The notes under the pieces: generated by a model
Databases searched by the model: none
What the model saw: only the letters and a program-made list of their open reading frames with translations
Told to the model about the DNA's origin: nothing
Shown here: one piece after another, positions 58,185 to 64,000 of the stretch
Layout: every line of letters begins with the position of its first letter
How positions within the stretch are numbered: position 1 is the stretch's first letter
Translations under genes and position numbers: made by a program
Assembly (NCBI GenBank): GCA_048938105.1
Contig: JBHLMN010000017.1
Span: 80,714 to 144,713, forward strand
Reading direction: 5' to 3'
Origin: Promethearchaeota archaeon
GTDB taxonomy: Archaea > Asgardarchaeota > Heimdallarchaeia > Hodarchaeales > Hodarchaeaceae
Length of the DNA stretch: 64,000 nt

Positions 58185-58799
58185 TCATATGATATAAGCA
58201 AATAGTAGGGAAATACTTAACATTGTTAATGTGAAGAGGGCACCATATTTGCATGGATATCTTTCATTCTTGAGATTGTCAGAGATGAGAAAAAAAGCAG
58301 TAGGGATGAATACTACAAATCCAAGCAAGAGTCCAATTTCACCGATAGTATTAACCGAAACAACGAGAACTAATCCCGCCACTAAGGAAGCTCCAATAAT
58401 CCCTGCGGCACCATAGTATATTAATCTGAAAAAGGCATCAACCTCCTTGTAAAGAAAATCAAAGGACTTTTTTCGAATTATTCCTAAGAAAATTAGGAAA
58501 AATGTCAATACGAAGAAAAGAAGTATATTAAACATGATTACTAAGAGAAACGGTTCCCCAGAATTTTGGGCGGACGAGGAAGTACCAACTAGTGTAAGCA
58601 CTAGGCGAAGGGCTATCCCAAGGATAAGACCAATGAAGCTTATCGTGATTGACATACCTAGAGAATAGCCTATAATGCCAATGCCTGTTTTTATTGATCT
58701 ACCTAAACTTGGTTTTTCATACATTTTTTTCCCAAAAGAATAGTTTAACTGATCATCATTCTTCATATAAACCACGATATAAGGTTTTACTCGAAACAT
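58185..58799 (-). CDS. Hypothetical membrane protein
   Basis: About five hydrophobic segments; no recognisable motif. Confidence 0.6.
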   Translation of the reverse strand: MFRVKPYIVVYMKNDDQLNYSFGKKMYEKPSLGRSIKTGIGIIGYSLGMSITISFIGLILGIALRLVLTLVGTSSSAQNSGEPFLLVIMFNILLFFVLTFFLIFLGIIRKKSFDFLYKEVDAFFRLIYYGAAGIIGASLVAGLVLVVSVNTIGEIGLLLGFVVFIPTAFFLISDNLKNERYPCKYGALFTLTMLSISLLFAYII

Positions 58800-58930
58800 A
58801 TCAATAATGAAAATTAAAACATTACTTAAAAAAAAGAAATGGGGGAAAATCCCTATGATCTTCTCTAACTCTATTAAGCCTTTATAGATACTCCACCTGT
58901 TGGTACTTCAATTACTGGTTGTTTATAAGT

Positions 58931-59602
58931 TCATTTCCAAGGATATTCCATATAATGAGCTGTATTTCGTGCACTCTCTTCTCCTATGAGCTCAGAAACT
59001 AAAAATAGACTCATATCAATTCCAGCAGCGATTCCAGCAGAAATTACTAATCGGCCGTGTCCTGAAACAATGAAACGCTCACCCTGTACTACTTGAACTT
59101 TAGGATAGGTATTTCTCATCCTTTCAATGCTTGCCCAGTGAGTTGTAGACTCGAAACCATTTAATAAACCAGCTTCCGCAAGAAGAAAACTCCCAGTACA
59201 CACACTCGCCATCAATTGAGCTTTCTCCTTTTGTGACTTCAGCCACTCAATAAGGACAGAATTTTGAACTTCTTTTCTCGTTCCCCATCCTCCAGGCACT
59301 AAAACAAGATCGAATTTCGGATGATCATTAAAATTATAATCTGTAAGAACTTTTAAGCCACCACGACATCTTATTGAACCACTTTTTTCAGAGATTAGCC
59401 TAATAGTAAAAGGACTATCATCTGTTCGCTCACCTTCTTCGTCCAGAAATCTAGTTACAGAGAAAACCTCAAAAGGTCCACAAAAGTCTAAGACCTCCAC
59501 TTGGTCAAAAACTAGGATCCCCACAAACCATGGGGTATCTTTTTGGGGATTTGTAGTTACATCTATACTTCCCATCATATCACCTATAATATAAGAAATC
59601 AA
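58931..59602 (-). CDS. DJ-1/PfpI family protein (isonitrile-hydratase-like subgroup)
   Basis: EVLDFCGPFEVF, LVPGG, SVCTGS, TTHW, SAGIAAGID. Confidence 0.9.
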   Translation of the reverse strand: MISYIIGDMMGSIDVTTNPQKDTPWFVGILVFDQVEVLDFCGPFEVFSVTRFLDEEGERTDDSPFTIRLISEKSGSIRCRGGLKVLTDYNFNDHPKFDLVLVPGGWGTRKEVQNSVLIEWLKSQKEKAQLMASVCTGSFLLAEAGLLNGFESTTHWASIERMRNTYPKVQVVQGERFIVSGHGRLVISAGIAAGIDMSLFLVSELIGEESARNTAHYMEYPWK

Positions 59603-60813
59603 CCAGGAAATTTAAGGTCTCTCTTGATGAATAAATAACACAAAATCAAGAATAAGCCAAATAAAGAGGATAAGCCACTTAGAATAAAAGCTATATCCAA
59701 ATTTGAGAAAATATCCGCAATAATACCAAATATAATGGAACCAATCCCGAAACCTGTAGCTAATCCAGTACCAAATACTCCCATTGCCAACCCCCGCTCC
59801 TCACGTTTCGTGTCTACTGCAACGAGAGATATTAATGAAGGATAGATAATCCCAAAGCCGAATCCTGCCAAAAAAAGTGGGATTATTGCAATCATTGGGT
59901 TTGTGATTGCTGGTGTAATCATAATTCCTGCACTAATACAGGTTATCCCTAAAAACATGTTAAATCTATTCCCTAACAACTCCATAATTTTTGCACTTAA
60001 TAAGCGACTGAAAATCGCACTAATGTCTCTAACTGCTAGTAAGATACCTATCTCAAAGGAAACTAACCCTATTCCCTTAAGAAATAACGGATGGAACGAA
60101 ACTCCAACACTAAAACACAATGTCATAAGGAAAGATCCCAAGGTCGCTAGTGCAACGTTTCTTTTAGTACGAAATATGTTGAATCCTTTGGAATAACTCT
60201 CTAGAATTCCATTCCTTTCCCGATGAACGACTTCAGTAAATTCCAGACTTTGCTTCTTTCGATTCTTTCTTAAGAGAGGAAATGTTGAGAAGAATCCAGC
60301 TATGGCGAGGCATGTGAAAACCATAAAGACAATCTCGTAACTAATATGGTCAATAAGCCACCCAGCAATGGGTGGACCAATCAATTGCCCTATTCCTGTG
60401 ATTGTTAAATACCGTCCTAATATTTGAGGTCGTTCACTCTCACTTCCCATCTCTGAGATATATGCGGGTTCTGTTACGCGAAACGACGCTGCAGTCAGTC
60501 CCCATAATATCTGTGCAGGGATGAATAGGAGAACCTGCTTTGAGACCATACCTATGAAGAAAGTTACTCCAGAAGCTAATCCGAGTATAAATGAAACACC
60601 ATAAAAAAGCTCCCACCCAAACCTATCAGCACTCTCTCCCATTGGCATTCGGAGCCCTGATTGGATTATTGCCCGTGCACTTGCTATTAGTCCTACTAAA
60701 GCAGTTGTAGCTCCCAGTGCACTAGCTGCTAAAGGAACAGTCGGACTTAACAAACCCAACATTGTAGTATATATAGTCCCAACGCAAATAATTAACAAAA
60801 AATCCGTATTCAA
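59599..60813 (-). CDS. MFS transporter
   Basis: GESADRFG motif A, GPPIAG, about 12 TM segments. Confidence 0.88.
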   Translation of the reverse strand: MNTDFLLIICVGTIYTTMLGLLSPTVPLAASALGATTALVGLIASARAIIQSGLRMPMGESADRFGWELFYGVSFILGLASGVTFFIGMVSKQVLLFIPAQILWGLTAASFRVTEPAYISEMGSESERPQILGRYLTITGIGQLIGPPIAGWLIDHISYEIVFMVFTCLAIAGFFSTFPLLRKNRKKQSLEFTEVVHRERNGILESYSKGFNIFRTKRNVALATLGSFLMTLCFSVGVSFHPLFLKGIGLVSFEIGILLAVRDISAIFSRLLSAKIMELLGNRFNMFLGITCISAGIMITPAITNPMIAIIPLFLAGFGFGIIYPSLISLVAVDTKREERGLAMGVFGTGLATGFGIGSIIFGIIADIFSNLDIAFILSGLSSLFGLFLILCYLFIKRDLKFPG

Positions 60814-60863
60814 CCTTTATTAATTCCTCTCTCGTTTTTCTCAATAAAAAGTTACGAATTTTC

Positions 60864-61970
60864 TTACCCAATCACTTTTCTCATAAGATTAATCGCATTG
60901 ATCCCCAAGATTTTTTCAATCTCTTGATCACTATAGCCTCTAGACACCAAGCCTCGAGTAATGTTGGGCCACTCTTCGGGACTCTCAATGCCTGCCATAT
61001 ACGGAGCATTTAATTCTTGTCCTGTACGATCCAAAAAGAAGATCGTCTTAGCAGCTTGGCGATGATATTCGACTTGATCTTCGAAAACATTATCTAATCC
61101 AATTGCACATTTATCGACCCCTATTAAATTCACGATATAGTCAACATGGTTCAATAAGTCATCAATACCCTGTTCAGGTTTATTACTGAGCTGATTAGGG
61201 ATAGCAGAGACTCCAGCAATCCCACCCTTTTCAGCTAGAGCTTGAAGCTCTTCATCGGTCTTCATTCGTTTACACTGTGGGTGGAGAGCCCGTGCCCCGA
61301 CATGGTTAGCGATGACTGGGTCTTTAGAAGTCTCTATAGTATCCAAGGTGGTTTGGATACCAACATGGGAAAGATCGATCAACATTCCGACTTTATTCAT
61401 CCGTTCAACCAGATCGATCCCAAAGTACGACAAGCCTTCATTGGTTCGTTCCCCACACCCATCCCCCGCGTACGTCCGTGTATTAAATGTCAGAAGGGCC
61501 ATCCGGATGCCTAATCCATACGCTACGTCTACATTATCTAGGTTTTTTCCAAAGGTTTGAGGTTCTAATTGAAACATCGTGGCTATTTTTCCCTTCTGTT
61601 TGGCCCGCTTAAAATCCTCTGCTTTGAATGCAGGCATAAAATCGGGATGTTTTATTGATCGCTGCATCAAATAACCTAGTTCATCCATTGATTTCTGGAA
61701 GTTCTCATGAATGGCTGCAACAGCCTCTACGAATCCTGTTACACCAGAGTTCTTTATCCTGGACACTATGAAGTCTTCATCTGGTAAAATGTGAGAGTGA
61801 AGATCAATAGTGATGATTCTTTTGTGTAACTCCTCAGCTCTTTCTTCTTCTGCTTTATCAAGTTTAATAAAACGTTCTTTCAGAGGTAATTTCAAATATT
61901 CTTCACGTGGGAGCATTTTATACCTTCCAATGGGTTGAATTGGTGTGAGAGGAGATTGTCCTTTCTTCAC
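60864..61970 (-). CDS. Membrane dipeptidase (M19)-family amidohydrolase
   Basis: IDLHSH, GLSYFGIDLVERMNKVGMLIDLSH, HVDYIVNLIG, GLD, RGYSDQEIEKILG. Confidence 0.9.
   Translation of the reverse strand: MKKGQSPLTPIQPIGRYKMLPREEYLKLPLKERFIKLDKAEEERAEELHKRIITIDLHSHILPDEDFIVSRIKNSGVTGFVEAVAAIHENFQKSMDELGYLMQRSIKHPDFMPAFKAEDFKRAKQKGKIATMFQLEPQTFGKNLDNVDVAYGLGIRMALLTFNTRTYAGDGCGERTNEGLSYFGIDLVERMNKVGMLIDLSHVGIQTTLDTIETSKDPVIANHVGARALHPQCKRMKTDEELQALAEKGGIAGVSAIPNQLSNKPEQGIDDLLNHVDYIVNLIGVDKCAIGLDNVFEDQVEYHRQAAKTIFFLDRTGQELNAPYMAGIESPEEWPNITRGLVSRGYSDQEIEKILGINAINLMRKVIG
61291..61451. repeat. 161-bp near-identical direct repeat, copy 1 (copy 2 at 63499-63659)
   Basis: Base-by-base comparison shows 2 mismatches in 161 bp. 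Confidence 0.85.
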
Positions 61971-63058
61971 CCAATAACTTTCTCAATGATTTTCATCGCA
62001 TTTCCCCCGATTATTTTCTGGATTTCTTCGTCTGAGTATCCTTCTGACACTAATCCACGAACAATATTCTTCCATTCATGAGGTCCTTCAATACCGAAGA
62101 GATAGTCGCCAGTCAGCTGTATTCCTGATTCCTTAAAATTCCTAGAAGCTGCCGATCTTCTGTGCCCTGCTACTTGGTCTCGAAAGACGTTATCCAAACC
62201 GATAGCTACATGGTCAATACCAACAAGGTTGACACAGTAGTTTATGTGCTTAAGATGGTCTTCAATTCCTTGATCTTTGTCAAAAGAAAGTTGATTCGGA
62301 ATCGCGCTGATCCCTATTAATCCCTTTTTCTCTGCAACAGCCTGTAATTCCTCATCATTTCTTAATCTTTTACACGGTGGATTCAGAGCACGAGCTCCAG
62401 CGTGGTTAAAGACACAGGGAACTTTTGAATGTTCAATTGCGTCCAATGATGTCTGAATTCCACTGTGACTCAAATCAATGAGCATTCCAATTTTATTCAT
62501 ACGCTCTACGAGTTCAAGACCTAGATAACTAAGGCCTGCATTAGTTCTTTCAGCAATACCGTCACCAATATAGTTTCTAGTATTGAAACACAGTAAAGCC
62601 ATTCTTATTCCATGCCCATAAGCGATTTCCACTCTATCAAGATTCCTACCGAAGGTATTTGGTTCTAATTGAAATAAGACGGCTTGTTTACCTTCCTTTT
62701 TTGCTTTTCTGATATCTTCAGCTTTATAGGCAGGTATCAGACTTGGTTCTTTCTCAGTGATTGCAAGATATTTTCCTAGAAGATCCATGGATTCCGCAAA
62801 ATTTTCTGATAGTGCTGGGACAGCTTCGAAACACCCTTCGACACCCATTTGATGAACAAGGCTTAACTTTTCCTCATTCCATTCGAAAATCACTGATCCA
62901 TAGATATGCGTATGTAAATCGACCTTTAACGATCTTGTAAAGATTTCCTCAGCCCTTTCAGATTCTGATGAACTTAATTTGATGTATTTTTCTTCTTCTG
63001 GAAGCTTTAGATATTCTTCACGGGTATAACCTCGGTTAGTCATTTGACTTCTTACCAC
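61967..63058 (-). CDS. M19-family amidohydrolase, paralogue 2
   Basis: VDLHTH, MNKIGMLIDLSH, GIDHVAIGLD, KIIGGN. Confidence 0.9.
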   Translation of the reverse strand: MVRSQMTNRGYTREEYLKLPEEEKYIKLSSSESERAEEIFTRSLKVDLHTHIYGSVIFEWNEEKLSLVHQMGVEGCFEAVPALSENFAESMDLLGKYLAITEKEPSLIPAYKAEDIRKAKKEGKQAVLFQLEPNTFGRNLDRVEIAYGHGIRMALLCFNTRNYIGDGIAERTNAGLSYLGLELVERMNKIGMLIDLSHSGIQTSLDAIEHSKVPCVFNHAGARALNPPCKRLRNDEELQAVAEKKGLIGISAIPNQLSFDKDQGIEDHLKHINYCVNLVGIDHVAIGLDNVFRDQVAGHRRSAASRNFKESGIQLTGDYLFGIEGPHEWKNIVRGLVSEGYSDEEIQKIIGGNAMKIIEKVIG

Positions 63059-63071
63059 CTTTACATAATTG

Positions 63072-64000
63072 TTAACCTACTACTCTTTCAAGTATCGAAA
63101 GAGCATTTCTCGATAAAATTTTCTCGATATCCTGGTCACTGTACCCTCTTTGCACCAATCCTCGTGTGATGTTTTGAAATTCCTCTGGATTTTCAATTCC
63201 ATACATATACGGGGCGTTTAAACCTTGTCCAATGTATGAAAGCTTGAATATTGTTTTTGCTGCTTCGCGATGGAAGCCGACTTGATCCCCAAACGTATTG
63301 TCCAGTCCAATAGCGACATTATTGATCCCAATCAGGTTCACCATATAGTCCATATGGTCAAGAAAAGTCTCGATCCCCTGTTCCTCATCACTACTCAGCT
63401 GATTGGGGATAGCAGAGACACCTGCGATTCCTCCTTTCTCTGCTAAAGCTTTAAGCTCTTCATCTGTCTTTAATCGTTTACATTGTGGATGAAGAGCTCG
63501 TGCCCCGACATGGTTAGCGATGACTGGGTCTTTAGAAGTCTCTATAGTATCCAAGGTGGTTTGGATACCTACATGGGAAAGATCGATCAACATTCCGACT
63601 TTATTCATCCGTTCAACCAGATCGATCCCAAAGTATGACAAGCCTTCATTGGTTCGTTCTCCGCAGCCATCGCCTGCATATGTTCGTGTATTAAACGTAA
63701 GTAAAGCCATCCGGATGCCATGTCCATATGCTATATCTACATTATCTAGGTTTTTTCCAAAGGTTTGAGGTTCTAATTGAAACAACACAGCCATTTTTCC
63801 TTTTTTCTTCGCGCGTCTGAAGTCCTCCGCTTTGAATGCAGGCATAAAATCTGGATTTTTATTTACTCTAGTGAGAAATTTACCTAAAGTATCCATGGAT
63901 TCTTGAAAATCTTCAGCTATCCCGGCAATGGCTTCGAACCAGCCACAGACACCTGAATTTTTTATCCGATCAACGAAAAAATACCTATCCATTAGAATAT
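63072..64000 (-). CDS. M19-family amidohydrolase, paralogue 3 (5' end outside the window)
   Basis: Same motifs as the other two; the N-terminal HxH region is missing because of the window edge. Confidence 0.88.
   Translation of the reverse strand, partial: ILMDRYFFVDRIKNSGVCGWFEAIAGIAEDFQESMDTLGKFLTRVNKNPDFMPAFKAEDFRRAKKKGKMAVLFQLEPQTFGKNLDNVDIAYGHGIRMALLTFNTRTYAGDGCGERTNEGLSYFGIDLVERMNKVGMLIDLSHVGIQTTLDTIETSKDPVIANHVGARALHPQCKRLKTDEELKALAEKGGIAGVSAIPNQLSSDEEQGIETFLDHMDYMVNLIGINNVAIGLDNTFGDQVGFHREAAKTIFKLSYIGQGLNAPYMYGIENPEEFQNITRGLVQRGYSDQDIEKILSRNALSILERVVG
63499..63659. repeat. 161-bp near-identical direct repeat, copy 2
   Basis: Matches 61291-61451 at an offset of 2208 bp. Confidence 0.85.

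Noticed and set aside
2163-63768. Many short antisense or overlapping ORFs in the track (e.g. 2163-2510, 7878-8180, 43319-43768, 48599-48964, 50768-51145, 54082-54594, 57801-58130)
   Set aside because: They lie on top of well-supported genes and have no recognisable motifs; these are shadow ORFs.
61312-63768. Two near-identical 82-aa plus-strand ORFs (61312-61560, 63520-63768)
   Set aside because: Antisense shadows of the conserved dipeptidase segment, explained by the DNA repeat.
1-64000. CRISPR arrays, tRNA/rRNA genes, IS elements
   Set aside because: No spaced direct repeats, GC-rich structured RNA segments or transposase ORFs were seen by eye; a tRNAscan/Infernal run would be needed to exclude small RNAs.

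Overview
AT-rich, gene-dense archaeal chromosome segment with GGTGA/GGAG ribosome-binding sites and TATA-type promoters. Gene content points to an Asgard archaeon, probably Heimdallarchaeia/Hodarchaeales-like (inference): roadblock, longin/DENN, Rab-like and Rag-like GTPases, Asgard-type LRR, SCP2. Main blocks: (1) 2.1-8.4 kb, eukaryotic-signature and cell-surface genes; (2) 10-15.5 kb, two pyrrolysine-free MtmB paralogues around a VapBC pair and split Ada genes, plus an iodotyrosine-deiodinase-family gene; (3) 15.7-26.9 kb, an expanded Shango-like defence locus: LRR/integrase-SAM-like/TerB-C protein, large double-TerB-N/TerB-C protein, DUF2791 ATPase and two tandem Lhr-like helicases. This is the strongest candidate for a new system; (4) 28-34 kb, a regulator divergent from three aldo-keto reductases, with a twin palindromic operator; (5) 34-36.3 kb, a Rag-like GTPase fusion next to a uDENN/longin protein with a folliculin-like arginine-finger motif; (6) 36.7-47.6 kb, metabolic genes including PlsC; (7) a membrane wHTH/Cys-finger protein, a nucleotidyltransferase-uvrA cluster and three tandem M19 dipeptidases. 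I recognised no rRNA, tRNA, CRISPR array or transposase. All family calls come from motif recognition by eye, not database searches.
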